From: Camelus ferus
Taxonomy: Eukaryota
Assembly: GCF_009834535.1 (NCBI RefSeq)
Contig: NC_045697.1
Span: 30,010,001-30,074,000 of the forward strand
Length of the DNA: 64,000 nucleotides
Direction: 5' to 3'
Shown here: positions 27,893-41,405 of the stretch, one piece after another
How the letters are laid out: the number at the start of each line of letters is the position of its first letter
Numbering within the stretch: the first letter of the stretch is position 1
Program-made: the position numbers and the translations under genes
The notes under the pieces: generated by a model
What the model was told of the DNA's origin: nothing
Seen by the model: the letters and a program-made list of their open reading frames with translations, nothing else
Database searches by the model: none

Positions 27893-28931
27893 TGGTAATT
27901 GGGAAATACTGTGCTTCTTGTTCGCTTTGTTGAATTGCACATGGATGAATATATGATTCATTTACCACTGCCATCATTTCAGATTTTCGTAGCATCTTTT
28001 CTTAGAGCATTTAGATGGACTCCCCTTGATCAGAGCCAGCCTTGATCATTCCTTTCTTGTAGTTTGAACTACCTGATGGGCCAGTTAACTCGTCAGAAGT
28101 CTTTTAGGAAGAGGATAATTAGAGGCTTGTAGCTGCTGAACCTGCTGCTAATATCCTGGAACTCCAAAAGGGCGACTCACAATGTGCAGTCCCTTCCAGA
28201 GCCATTTGTTTGTTCTTAATGACTCCCAATAGATGAAGACCAGAACCATCCTCAGCTGTAAATTGTGCCTGCCACTCTGCCAGTTCAAAATAAATTTGTA
28301 CCTGCTGGAGAGATTTATTTTACTAGGAAGAAGATCTTTGACATAATTTTTGAAAGATTTCCAGGCCTTCTCACTTTTCCCTTTCCAATTAAGTCTAGAT
28401 TTTCTTCCCATTTAATTCAGTTTATAGTCCACAAAGAGGTATTATTGGGCAAAAGCCACTGATGAAGTATGTATTTTTGAAGATCAATTAAAAAGAAAAA
28501 GTTGTCAAAGGTGAAAGTTGGGTAGTAAAACCTATTTTTAAGAAAAAAAATACCAATTTTGAACGAGATTCTAGGCAATAAGACATGGACAAAACTTTAA
28601 AGCAATGGGGGTTCTTGAGTACTATTCCCCTCAAATTGCTAAGTTCTGCTTTTCAGTGGCATTTAACTTACAGTTTTATACAAATGTGTTAAGGTAGAGG
28701 GGAAAACAAGAATTTGATATAGCTGTGGCTTTAGAAGTTTGAAGTGTCTATTTACTCCAGCATTTCCTAAGCAAGTATGATTTTTATTATCCAACAAGCC
28801 ATGACTCACACCTGACTCTCACTGCCTTAGTAACTGACATGTCTCTAGTAATTTGGGCTACTAGGAAGAAAGGCTGGTTCATAAAGATAATATAAAATAA
28901 TATAGACTTAGATTTCTTTTCTTCCTTCCAG

Positions 28932-29038
28932 GACAATATCATATTATTCTTGAGAGGTTGTAAAGAGCTTGGCCTTAAAGAATCTCAACTTTTTGACCCG
29001 AGTGACCTGCAGGATACGTCCAACAGAGTAACAGTCAA
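28932..29038 (+). CDS. LIMCH1: LIMCH1 exon, CH domain ([36 protein letters not shown]), 107 nt, phase 0 to 2
   Basis: Acceptor tttcttccttccag, donor caa|gtaagt, open frame matching LIMCH1/LMO7 CH domain. Confidence 0.97.
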
Positions 29039-30144
29039 GTAAGTAATGCACGATTTATGTCTAAGGGAAACCCATTTATGGTTAGACTTGCAGGTTTCTG
29101 ATGATGTTGTAAGGTCTGAGAGGCAGAGAATTGGGCGTGCCTAATAAAATAAAAATGTGGAGGTAAAAATTCATCTTTCAAAACAGGATGCGTTGGCCTT
29201 CCCTTGTGCATAGCCTTCATTCTGATTAAACATAATTTTTTGAAATGCAAAAATCATGCATGTAGAGTTAGAATTTTAGAGACAAGGAGAAAAAAATGTT
29301 AGGTGAAACTTAACAGAGGGAGAGGCAAGAGAGAAGTCTACACAGAATCTGTTCGAGTTAGACAAAAAGCTTTTATTGGCTCCAACTGGGCATATGAATA
29401 GGCTCTTGGAAGACTGCAAACTCAGTAAACAGATCTGAACCCTGTTTATTATGCAAAAAAGGCAATATATTATGGAGAAATCTCTTCTTCATTTACATTT
29501 GTAACTGTTTTCACATATGTGTCAGTGATCAAGTTGTTTGAAGATGGATCATTAGCCATTTGGCTATTGTTGACTGTATCTATTCAGGGGGCCAGGTTTG
29601 GGGCCAAAGAATTCTTGGGAAAGAATGTTATAGTAAAAGAAAAGCAATGTGCTTCTCTATAAAGAAATAGCTCATGACCAGCGTAATGAGAAGAAAAGTC
29701 CTTATGACATGGTAGAGATAACTTTCCTGTAGTTTAGAAGTCCTTTAGACTCTACCAAATTCATATAAAACACTTTCCAAATTAGTCAAACAATATTTGG
29801 CATGAATATGCTTTAATAATAAGCTTAATTACATAGATAGGGTCTTTGGATTGGCTACACATCTCCTTTTCATGACTTTTGGGTTATTTTATTATGAAAG
29901 GGCAGAAAAGAGAGAGAAACCAAAATTCAGAGCTGTTAATTTTTCACTATTTGCCGATACTGACTTTTTTAATGATGAGGGAAAATAATTGGGAAAAAAA
30001 TGGAAACTACTAAATGAAATCAAGTTGGAGTTGATATTGTATTTTATGATGCATGACTGGGAATAAGGCACAGTCAGCCACAATTCTCTTAAAGTCACTC
30101 CTCTGTTGTCAGTGTGCCTTTTGTGGGGGCGGGGGCCGGTGGGG

Positions 30145-30415
30145 AGTATAATTGACATACACCATTATATTAGATTCAGGTGTACTACATAATGATTCAG
30201 TATTTGCATATGTTGCAAAATGTTCACCACAATAAATCTAGTTAACATCTGTCACCACATAAATTTTATTTTTCTTGTGATGAGAATTTCTAAGATATAT
30301 TCTCTTAGCCACTTTGAAACATGCAATCCAGTATTATTAAGCATAGTCGTCATGCTGTACATTACATCCCATAACTTGTTTGTCTCATAACTGGAAGTTT
30401 GTACCTTTTGACTTT
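30145..30415 (-). mobile_element. L1MA-like 3' end
   Basis: gtataattgacatacaccattatattagattcaggtgtac...ataactggaagtttgtaccttttga. Confidence 0.85.
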
Positions 30416-30868
30416 TCTTTAATATTTCTCATGGAAAATTTTTAGTTAAGGGCAAAAATAACAGAAGAAAAATTACTATGTTCAAATGTGGAAACCACCC
30501 TTAACTTCATTTTAGTCCTCACATGCTCCATTTATTTCTGTACTTAAATCCAACCTCTATAAATCATTATTCATGTTAGGAAATTGTTTCAGGTTCTGCC
30601 TCATCTCACATTCATAGTTTCACCTGGGTGGCAAGTGATCAGAAACAATAGTAACTGTGTGACATGGTAGGTAATAATTAGTCACACACACATTGCTTTG
30701 GGGGGTGAAGGAAAGTTCATTTTGACAGTGTTGGCAGCTGCATTTTTTTTTAAGAGCCACTCTAAATCAATATGTTACTAAACCAGAAGACTTCTGAGAC
30801 TGGTTGGTTTTAGAAATTCCAGAAATCATATTACCTTTATTGCTTATCTACACAAACTGAGCACCAAG

Positions 30869-31149
30869 TACAAATGAACTTATTTACAAACCAGAAACAG
30901 ACTCACAGACATAGAAAACAAGCTTATGGTTACCAAAGGAGAAGGGGGTGAGGAAGGATAAATTGGGAGTTTAGGATTAACATACACACACTACTATATA
31001 TAAAATATGTAAACAGCAAGGACCTACTGTATGGCACAGGAGAGTCTATTCAATATCTTGTCATAACCTATAATGGTTATAGGTTTTTTGCTGAGCACTT
31101 GAAACTAATGTAACTTTGTAAATCAACTCTGTTTCAATTAAAAGAAAAT
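30869..31149 (+). mobile_element. 5'-truncated artiodactyl-type L1 3' end with target-site duplication
   Basis: acaaatgaacttatttacaaaccagaaacagactcacagacatagaaaacaagcttatggttaccaaagg; TSD aaactgagcaccaag (30854-30868) / aaactgggcatcagg (31150-31164). Confidence 0.85.
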
Positions 31150-31439
31150 AAACTGGGCATCAGGAAATCTGGGGTCCCCCCTACATCTGCTGCTCCCTAG
31201 GTCTACAATCCTAGGCAAGCTCCCTTGCTTCAGTAGGGTTGTGTCTTCATCAATAAAATGGAATTGGACAGAATGTTCCTTCAGGTATGATTCTAGCTAA
31301 TGCTTGCTCATGCAGATCTGGGAAGATGGCTAAACCAACTTCTAAAGAAAGAGACTTTAATTTAAAGGCACAGAAAGCAGCCTAAAGTCACTTAGACCAG
31401 TGGTACACACAGTCAGTTCTCAATTACTGGACCAGCTTC

Positions 31440-31615
31440 GCCTTCTCCTGTGCTTTTCTCTGTCTTTTTTCTTTATCTTTCTCTCTGCTTCTTTGCTCCA
31501 TCTCCTTCTCTTCCCTGTGCCTCCCTTCCCTTCTTTATCTTACTTCCCATCTATCTCCCCTTTTGCATTTCTTCTCTCATTTTCTTCCCTTTTAAGTTTT
31601 CCCTTCACTTGAGTA
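31440..31615. repeat. Pyrimidine-rich low-complexity tract
   Basis: Almost entirely C/T for ~170 nt. Confidence 0.8.
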
Positions 31616-31669
31616 TTATTATTTTCGTTAAACAACACTTCTCCATCACCTTCCCCTATGACTATCATT

Positions 31670-32220
31670 TTTCATTCCTTCATTCAACAAATATTTACTG
31701 AGCAGCTACTATGTGTCAGATGCTTTCCAGTGACTAGAGAACACGCTCCCCATTCACATAGAATTTATACCCTTTGACAAGTAAAGAAGTAAATTTTTTT
31801 AATTGCGGAGAGTAGTAAGTGCTAAGGAGAAAGTAAAATAATAATGAAATAGATGATGTAAAAGATAGTGACCATTGCAATATGTGCACTTATCAAATAA
31901 TTGTGCTGTATACTTTATACTTAGATAATGTTTTATGTGAATTATATCTCAACAAAACCAGGGGGGATAAAAAAGGTGGTCAAGAATGGTCTCTCTAAAG
32001 AGGTGGCATTTCAGGTGAGGGGTCACACATGAATGAGAAGCAAGAACCAGCCATGCAAAGGTCTACAGGATGTTCAGGGTGGAGAAGGGGCAGGTAGAAA
32101 GGCTGGGGAAGAGAAACAAACTTGATGTCTACAAAGAGAAAGAAGAGTAGTCGGTGTGGTAAAGGTAATGGGCAAGGATGAGCCTGGTGTGAGGCATGGT
32201 CCAGAAGCATTGTAGGAGGT
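31670..32220 (-). mobile_element. L2 3' region, possibly with a short L1 tail inserted
   Basis: ttcattcaacaaatatttactgagcagctactatgtgtcag...ggtcaagaatggtctctctaaagaggtggcattt. Confidence 0.7.
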
Positions 32221-32725
32221 TGACTTTGGAATAGTTATGGAGAAAAAAATTTTATTTCACTGTATGAATATTTAGAAGAGCATAAAGAACTTTGTATTAA
32301 AAATTATACCATAAATTCGTTTACAGTACTTAGAAACTCTAGTACTATGGAGGATTTGGGCACGGAATGAGCTATCTGCTTCACAACTTTTCTGTGAGTG
32401 ATGTTGGTTTAACTTGCTACTGTCCAGGGCACATTTGTAACATCTACATAAATTGTAGATTTTTTAGCTATGGTAGATGAAATTAGAGTGGCAATGTTTC
32501 TCTGCTTTCCCCTCTGAAAGTTAAGCCAAACATTAGCAGAGATGGAGAGCGCCCGACTGACACCAGTTAATAGTGTAAGGAATAAGGTAGAGGGTAGATC
32601 TCAAAGAGGAAATTTTGATGCCTTTCTGAAATTGTCTTTTTAAAAATACTTCTTTAGATGAGCTTTCATTGAGGGTAATTTTTCTTACTTTTTTTGTTTT
32701 TTGAGAAGTAACTTGAGTAGACTAT

Positions 32726-32786
32726 AAAGAAAAAAAAGAAAGGAAAAGAAAAGAAAAGAAAAGAAAGAAAAAGAGAGAGAAAGAGA
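32726..32786. repeat. (AAAAG)n-like polypurine microsatellite
   Basis: aaagaaaaaaaagaaaggaaaagaaaagaaaagaaaagaaagaaaaagagagaaaagaga. Confidence 0.9.
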
Positions 32787-34304
32787 TAACCTGTAAGTGA
32801 TGACTGTGTGTAATTTCGTGACCTCTACCTGTAAGGGGTGCCAGACAACGCTGATGGGAAATGTAAACACCATCCAGCAGGGCGTGCAGCAAATACCATG
32901 CCAGGGAATCGCAGCAATTGAATGAAAATGAGGATAGCCTTTGGATCGCTCCCAAGAATGTCTCTGAAAAATTTCAAAGCATTTTCACATAATTCGTTGT
33001 TATGTGAAAGTCATTCAACAAATATTTTGTAAGCTCCTACTATGTGCCAAGCATAACTTTTTTAGAACTGGGTCACAATTTTAGTCAAAAAACATTTATT
33101 GTCAGTGCAGAAAAAGTTTCATGGCCCCTGTTTTTAAGTTGTTTTTCACAAAAATTTCAAATCTTTTTTAGATTTTTGTTTGTTTTCATTTGGGTTTTTT
33201 TTGTTTTTGTTGTTAAATTTTAAAAAATCCGTGCAAATATCTCAGCAGATAATGACATTCTTTATGTTAACAGGGGGGAAATATGAAAACATTCTCTTAA
33301 TCAAATCCAAATTGGACCACTACTTCCTTCAATCTGTCTCTATTGATGGTTTTTCTCCTTAGTATATACTACGTTTTCTACTCCCTTAAACCTCAGTTGA
33401 CTTGAAGTTGTGCATCTGTTCATTAATATATACTTTGGGTCAGAATATGCAGCAAGAAAGTAATTGGGATCTATATATATGACGGAACTCTTGACTGGTT
33501 TATAGTGGAATTACCTTCTACACCTCCCTCGCCTCCCCAATCCCCCACAGCCAGCCTCTAAGCTGAAGTTTTGCGGAAAAAGAAATGCTGCATTTCTTTT
33601 CCTAGTATTTGTTGACACGTTAAAGGAACTTTGGGATACTTTGGGAGAAATTTTTACATTTCAATGTATGAATATTTAGAAAGTACCATCCAGTAGCTTT
33701 TTTTGTTTATAATTTAAGAATAAACATTTATGTATATTTAAGAATGCATGTGTGTATATTTGAACATAGCACGCATATTTTCCTGCTTATGGCTAATTCC
33801 CAATGCTAATTTACGTCCATAGCAGAAAAGAGCACATATTTGGACAGTGTTGCCTCTTCTACGTGTATTTTCTGATTTAATTAAGGTTTTAGACCTTTGT
33901 TAAAAGTACTTGTATAAAGAAGATTTTGGAAGTGCAGTCAGATTTCAACTTGACAGTGATATATATAGCAAGGCAAAATTTTCCTTTAACAACTAAGCTT
34001 TGAGAATACAAATATAAACAGTCCTAGTTTTAAGTGGAATTCTTCATTTTCCAGATGTTACAAAGCATTCATCTTTCCATGGTGTACTACGGAACTTTAA
34101 TCCCACCTTATCCTTCTATGTTTTGTTTTCTAAACAATTTTATTTCGTACCTGAAATCCTTAATCATGGACCTTAAAAATAATGTATTCCGCTGACTTCA
34201 TGATACTTGTTAGCTTTCAGGTACTCCTTAGAGGTGTTGAAGGGAAGATCAGAGTGAGGAAACGGCTATACTGATCATGTTTTCTTTTCCTTTTCCTTGA
34301 TTAG

Positions 34305-34335
34305 GAGCCTTGATTATAGTAGGAAGCTGAAAAAT
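34305..34335 (+). CDS. LIMCH1: LIMCH1 small exon (K-SLDYSRKLKN), 31 nt, phase 2 to 0
   Basis: Acceptor ttttccttgattag, donor aat|gtaagt, completes the frame between the flanking exons. Confidence 0.95.
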
Positions 34336-36311
34336 GTAAGTGTTTTAACTTCACTTTCCAAACTTTTTTCCTTGTCACTTTGATGGTTCAATGTAGCTCA
34401 TAAGTTGAATGCCTCTTGAATGCCTTGCTAGAAAGAATCTTTCTTAGAAAACAAGAATATATGCCTCTAACAGAATAATTCACGATTGTGATAGAAATAA
34501 AAATGGTAGACTGGGGGTGGGGACGGTTCTCTTTAGATAAGGGCTCAATCCTGAAATAAACAAATGAAAGCTCACGCTCTGTTTGTAATTTGGTTTCTTA
34601 AACACAAAGTGCTCTATCTCAGCACTAACGTTAGTGTCTTCCTATTGGTAGGCACAGATGGGACCATTAAATTAAGCAGCTGGGCAAGTTGTTTTGGGGA
34701 AGAGATCAGCTTAATATAAATAATGTTGACTGTCGTCGGCCTGTGCCTTTTGTGTATTTTCCTATTAATCTTTTGAGTTTTTATTAGTACTTCCCCAAAT
34801 CAACTTTTAAGAGTTAGATCTGATTTTCCAAAGGCAAGTATGTTAGTGCTCTTTTACTTTAAGTTTAAATTGAAGAATGTAAGAAGCGGCTTCTGTATAT
34901 AAAATTTTTAAATTGGCTGTGACCCTCCTCTTTAAAAAAAATTTCCAGACCGCTGTTATATTTGAGTGACATTCTCATTGTTATCTCCTTTTTCTTCCTC
35001 TGTAAAACCAGGGATATATGCCATTTTTCATCATACAGTTTTAAACAGAAAACCTACCATCTAACACACATCACGGTTCTGTCGTCCATTCTCCTATTAT
35101 TCTTCTCAAGGGAGCCTCATAGTCTTAGCACATATTAGTTATTTTATGGTCCTAGTTCATGTCCTGACATTTGCAATTGTCTGTTCGCTGGAAATTTATT
35201 TGTAAGCAATGAGTTAAAGAAGAATTTCTGGAAGTTCTGAAGAATTCCTGAAGTAACATTTTCCCACAGAGGTAGAAAACCAAATGACACCGTAGCACTG
35301 ATGCACAGAACCATATTGTGGGCCTGCTGCTGTCTGGAAGCGTGAACACAAATCATGTTGTCCAAAGCATTTTCTGGCCTCGCTAGTGGAGGGAGGTACA
35401 AGAAATACTTCCCAGCCTGGCTGAAGCAAGAAGGCCAAATGTGAAAACAAAATAATATTCTTAGCATTTTCATAGGCTTCCAGTCCCAATAATTCAGTTT
35501 TAAGGAGGTCATCTTCAGCTGACCCCTGCTGGGTTCTGTGGGAAAGTCAATGTAAAGACCATTTATTTGCCTTTGTGGACAGTTTCTTTGGAAAGACAGA
35601 ACAAAGTTCACTTTGGACTGTAGCTTCAGACCAGTGAATATTCACAGACATCCTTAGACATCCAAGGTTGTTAATTGGCAGTAGCCTTGTCCAGGCTAAA
35701 AATTTCCCGTCGCAGATGAGTAGGACTCTAACTGTACCCCAAAGCTACATATCTGCAGACTGCATTCCTCATTACCTTGCTCCGTTCTGACTTTAATTAG
35801 ATATACTGTGTTGCTCTTGTGCTGGAAACCACTAATTAACCTTGATCACTCCTTTGAAAACATTTTGCCTCTGGTCTTAGAATCTCTGTGCCCACAAGTA
35901 GAAGTCACGGGCCTTTAAAAGCACCTCTTGCAAAAGGAGTTGACAACCTGTTTCATTGTTTGGGTGAGGACGCCAGAGTTTCTGAAAAATTTGGCTTCCT
36001 GGTTTTGAAACTTTCATGACACAAAAATAATCTTAGAGGATGTATTTTTCCTTCTTGCTGTCTTGTAGGTCACATTCTCACAACCAGATTTTTTCTAAAA
36101 CCGGAGTCTTATTTCAACTGCTGAGTCGTGTTTGTGTTGACTGACGCAGTCTTGGGTTCTTATTAAAATGATTTGCATGGAATGGTTACCTCTTGGATGG
36201 TGGTTTTTGTAAATTAATGTTGCACAGTCTCTCCCCCTGCTTTCCTGCTCAGGGAGCAGTACTGACCCGTTAGCTTAGAAGTAATTCTTTGTGCGTGGTT
36301 CTGTTTCCCAG

Positions 36312-36422
36312 GTGTTAGTGACCATTTACTGGCTGGGCAAAGCAGCAAATAGCTGTGCATCTTACAGTGGAACGACGCTGAACCTGAAGGAGTTTGAAGG
36401 CTTGCTGGCTCAGATGAGAAAG
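36312..36422 (+). CDS. LIMCH1: LIMCH1 exon ([37 protein letters not shown]), 111 nt, phase 0 to 0; in-frame ATG at 36414
   Basis: Acceptor ctgtttcccag, donor aag|gtaacc, translation matches LIMCH1. Confidence 0.97.
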
Positions 36423-38109
36423 GTAACCTGGCTTTCCTTCTTCATCCCATGAGGTTTAGACAAGGCAGGAAGGCAACACAGTTGCTTGTATTTAAGATCA
36501 TTACAGTTCCACATGGTCGAATTGCACAGGCCAGAGATGCCCTGCCCTCAAGGAAGCAACTTGCTTGTCGCACCGATGACATCTTTCGTGCATCCCACAC
36601 ATACCTGAACTTTTACTCCCTTCTGAGAATGGGGGATCTGAGCTCTCTCCAACTTTAATTCCAAAAGAGCAAATTCAATCTGTCAGTATATGGCTTTGGA
36701 TACCAAAGAGCTCAGTGCTTATTTTCTTGGGGAAATAATGCCTGAATTAAACAATACAGTATTATACAAAAATGAAGACTTGCTGTGCACTTCCACCCAA
36801 GGGTCATTTTGCTTACCCCTCAGGACTTTGGTGTGAGTGAGGTAACGTCAGCCAAGTTCTGGCCTGGGCATCCACCCTGGACAGGCCCTGAAAAATTAGA
36901 ACCATTCTCTTCTCAGATGTGTGTTTTATGACCATTGTATTTGAATGACCTGGAAATTTGGAAAACATGTTTTACAATGGTCACAGCTTTATTTGTTTAT
37001 TTAATTATGGGAAAGACTGACCTAAGGTAGGAATTTGTCCAAGAAAGAGTGGAGTGTTTTGTGCGTGGCTGCCTGTGTGTTCCTCTTTAAGATTGATTAA
37101 CTCACCCAAAGTACCAGCATTACTGGGGAGGGAGCAGCCCCACCCAGCAAGCCTTAGTGAACAGGTAAGGCTCACTGGTAATCAGTAGCATCCGTGGGTT
37201 TGGATAAGACCTGTATTGCAGCGCAGGTAATTAAGGACTGGTTCTTCCTCTTTTTTCTAACATGCAAACTAAATGCACTAATGAGACCTTGTTGAGGGAC
37301 ATTCTGTACTTTACAGTTTTTCTTTTAATACTGAAAGCAAGAGTTTGCTCCAACTTTTTAATGATTTATTCTTTTTTCCTTAAAGCTAATAGTTCTAATA
37401 GTTCTTTGCATTTGGCTCAAACCAGGCTGGCTCATGTATGAATAAATGGACCAGGCTTTCCTATTGGTCATAACATACATAAACAAAGTCCTTTAAGCTA
37501 AATTCCTTTAAAAATAAAATAAACACACCACTCAATCAAACAACACTTTGTTTCTCAGTCTTAACTCTTATTTGTCCTTTAATTTTTCATTTAGCGCAAC
37601 AGAGTTAAGGATACTTAGGGAAAGTACAAAGGTAAGTTTCAGTCTGGATTTGCGAAATCTAAATGTTTGTTGGTTTTATATTAAATTTGAACTTGGATAG
37701 TGATAGATGGATTATCTTTTTTAAACTATTTAAAAGCTCTGCCAGATAGTTTCCCTGCTGGGTTCTCTGGGAATCTGACTTCTTCTCATTATTGATGTTT
37801 CTTACCACTAGTCCAGCTCTTCTGTGATCTGAGCCAGCCATTGGTCTCTGCAACTCTCCTAACTTCTCCTTTTGTTCAGTCAGTTGGTTACTAGCAACTG
37901 CCTTGAAATCGCCTGTTGTTGTGAACAGCTGTCACCTTAGACGATGTCACAGGACCTGAGGAGTAGTCAGTATCACTGGGTGAAGCATGACTTAACTAAA
38001 AATGGCCATCTGTGGCGCTCCCATATCTCTATGTAAAGTTGAGAGAACTTCACAGGTCTATCCAATGCCTGGAAATGTTAGATTTATCTAGAGTGTGTAT
38101 TGTCTCATT

Positions 38110-38590
38110 TTATCAATTAGGATTGCATTTGGCTGGGAAATGCAGAAAATTCTACCAGTGGCTTAAATAAGATAGAGTTTTATATCAGACTCACACAAAT
38201 GTGGTCTGGACGTGAGCAATCCAGGGCTGGTGCAGGGGCTCTGTGGTCATCGGGGCCCAGGCTCCTTCTGTCTTTTTACTCCACCATCCTCAGCTCACAG
38301 CCTCTCACCTGCTGGTCCAAGTTGGCTGTGTGAGCGTTAGTCATCACGTCCACATCTGAGCCAGGAGAAAGGAGGGATGAGAAGAAAGGCTTATGCCTTC
38401 CTTAAACAGACTTCTGGGAAGTCATGTGCCACCCCTCCGCTCACATCCCACTGACCTGAACTTGGTCACCGATCTGTACCCAGCTGCTAGGAAAGGTGTG
38501 GGAAAAGGAGGCTTTATTTCGTCTAAAAACTGTGAGTATTTTCGCTGGAGAAGAAAGGGAGAGCAGATACTGAGGGACAGCTGCAATCTC
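38110..38590. mobile_element. MLT1-like MaLR LTR remnant
   Basis: tcaattaggattgcatttggctg...cagtggcttaaataagatagagttt...aatccagggctggtg...ggcccaggctccttctgtct. Confidence 0.7.
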
Positions 38591-40769
38591 TTCTGCACAT
38601 ACACAGACCGAAATAAATTTGAAATTAAAAGTTTTTCTTTCACAAAGGAGCCTAGCCAGAAATTTTTTATATTCATTTTTTTCCTAGTGGGAGAAATGTG
38701 CATAAAAATGATTAACTATGGTAGCACTTGTTAAGTTCTGTAGTGCAAGTAACACATGTAGAGCCCTTGACAACAGCGTCTGACACACAGTAGGTATTCA
38801 TAGTAGTCTGCTATCGCTGTATACAAAAAAAGGTCTCTGAAAGCATAGTGACATGGCCTTTTCCTGGGCCTGAATATGTCAGAGAAAGTCTCCCAAAGGA
38901 GGGGCACTTAAGCTGAACCAAGGGGAACTACCACAGGACCAGTGAAACTGAAGGAGAACCACGGAGACTGGGGTGGCCCTGGAGATCTCAGGGTCCAGAA
39001 CCAGAAAGCCAGTATGCTAGATTCTTCCTTTCTCTCTCTTTCTTTCTCTCATCTCTTCCTGTCTCTCCTTGAATTCATCCCCTCCTCCAATAGGTAAACA
39101 TTCCCTCATAGTAGCGGCCATGGCCAACAGCACTCCGGGGATTACCTGCTTCTAGCTCCTTGCCCCGGAGCAAAGAAATTCTTCTCCCTGGCCCCCGCTG
39201 TAAAATCCCTAGAGTGCACTCTGGCCCAGAGCAGGTCCTGTTCCTGAACCAGTCAGTGTGACCCGGGATAAGGGATACCGTGATTGGCCTAAGCCACTGT
39301 TTCAGAAGGTGAGAGCTGTTAGTTACCAGAACAAGGGGGTAAAAAGGGGAGAACGTGATGGACAAACAAATACAAGACTTCGTCCTAGAACAGCAACGAT
39401 GATCAACTTCTCTTCCCTTAACCTGCTTTACCTTTCAGGGTACTGACCATTCAATTTTGTATTCATTAATCAGTTTTTCTGTTTGTTTTTCATCTTCCTA
39501 GCTAGAGCATAAGGCCCACGAGGACAGGGTATTTGTTGAATTTGCTTAACATTGTGTCCCCCTCACCGAGACAGGGCTTAGCACATAGAAGATGCTCAGT
39601 GGAATGAATAGCTTCCCACCCCAGAGTGTGGTGGGTGGAGACAGGTCCTCCGGCTGGAAAAGTAGAACCTAAAACTCTCCAGAATAGAGTTTAGCCACCT
39701 TATAAATCACAAAAGAAGCAGAAAATGGTGAGTGGTAAAACAGAGGCATCTGGAGTTTCTCAGATACCGTAAGTCATCCACCAACCCTAGCTGGTTCTCA
39801 TTATCTCTGACAAAGGAGGGTAAGAAGAGGACAGATGAGTGAAATAATCCAAAAATATTGTGGAAGCTGGTAGTTCTCACCCCATTCATTAACACACTTT
39901 TACTAGAACAACCAGCAGCTAGCTAGCACAGTGGACAGGTTTGGGTCTTATCCCCTCTCCCGGGAGTGCTCTCTGTGGAAGACAGGACGCTGCTGCTGGG
40001 CTTCTAGACGGAAAGTGCAGACGACGTAACAGACCCCTAGAAAGGAGCATTTAGGCTGTGCTGGCCTGTGTGTGGGCTTATATCTCCTACTCTCCCCCAA
40101 GAGCTTACCTTTAGGTGACTTGACGGAATCCAATAAAATCGTTCATCCCGCTGATGTCCACATCTTTGTCTCCAGCTGAAGAGCCAGCCCCTTGAGGTTT
40201 CTCAGGGACCAGCTTGGCCAAGGAAGACCAGAAGTGGCCTGGCTTTCATTTGTCAAACTGGCCCTGCCACTCGGCTTCCAGCTCTCACTTGATCCAAGGG
40301 TTTATTCTGGGCTTTCTACGAAGTCAGGAACAGAGCGGCCTTTCTGTTTTTCTTTCCCATAACTGGCTGTGAGAAAGCAGCTGAAGGTCCAAGAAGCATG
40401 TTGACTTTCTCTTTTTTCCGTTCCGTTCTCCTGTGGTTTGTCCGGTAGCATCGGGGAGACGTTTGGGTGTTTGGGGATGCTTTCCTGATATTATTTTCTT
40501 GAAAATCCAGTGTTGCAATGCTGCACCAAGCAGCTGGTTAAACTATGTCATTTCTAGATGTGACCAGTGGCCCAGCTTCCTGAGTGATTGTCCTCCCTGA
40601 TGGGAAACTGGGCCCCTGGCATCTAGTTATGGATACAAGTGGAGAAGGAGATGGAGGAGTACCAGCGTGTAGATAAGATTATGTCCTCAAGTGCATTTAT
40701 AAATTTGGTCTGATTTATATATTGACATTTACATGTCAAATGAATACATAGTAGTGATAAAAAAAAAAT

Positions 40770-40980
40770 CCTAACATTTTTTGAACGTTTATGTGTCAGG
40801 AGTTTTTCTGAGTGGTTTCCATGTAGTAATACATTTAACCCTTTCAGCAACCCTATGAGATAAATATTTTTAGCTCTATTTTACAGGTGAGAAAACTGAG
40901 ATAGGGCAAGGTAAAATAACTTGCCCAAGATCAGACAGCTGATAAGGTGGAGCCAGGATTTAAACTCTCTGTCCATCTTC
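40770..40980 (-). mobile_element. MIR SINE
   Basis: cagcaaccctatgag...attttacaggtgagaaaactgag...taacttgcccaagatcagacagct. Confidence 0.85.
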
Positions 40981-41179
40981 CCAGACCATAACCTACTCTA
41001 AACTGCCTCTTTTGCAACATGATCTAGGTGGTGATCTAGGCATAACAGTGTTTAGTGAAGGGACCTTGTCCAGGTTAGCATCTTCTGTGGAGTAAGGAGG
41101 CAGTTGGGAAAGGTGATGCTGATGGTGACAGCTATAACTACACCAAAGCTATCAAACGTTGTCGGGTTTTACCATTCAG

Positions 41180-41405
41180 TATTCAGAGACAGAGTCTTGT
41201 GTTGGAATCACAGCTTTGCTGATTACTGTGTGACCTCAGTCAAGTTACTCAATCTCTCTGATTTTTACTTTTTTCTTCTATAAAATGGGGACAATGCTAA
41301 CCACATCACTGGGGAGGGGGTTGTGAGGATTAAATAATAGAGCATACGAAAAGCAACAAAGCATAGCCGCAGACATATCCTCAGTGTTCAATAACATTAG
41401 CCATT
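41180..41405 (+). mobile_element. MIR SINE
   Basis: ctgtgtgacctcagtcaagttactcaatctctctg...taaaatgggg...gttgtgaggattaaat. Confidence 0.8.

Noticed and set aside
1..28931. Hidden nested gene, NUMT, viral insert or structured ncRNA in the long intron
   Set aside because: Nothing recognisable on either strand by eye; an Infernal/Rfam and BLAST search would be needed to exclude small ncRNAs
29072..29081. Perfect CArG box CCATTTATGG just after the first visible exon
   Set aside because: A few such 10-mers are expected by chance at this AT content; no supporting context
30124..30145. G-rich run gggggcgggggccggtgggg as a G-quadruplex
   Set aside because: Only three tracts of three or more G, located at an L1 end, with no functional context
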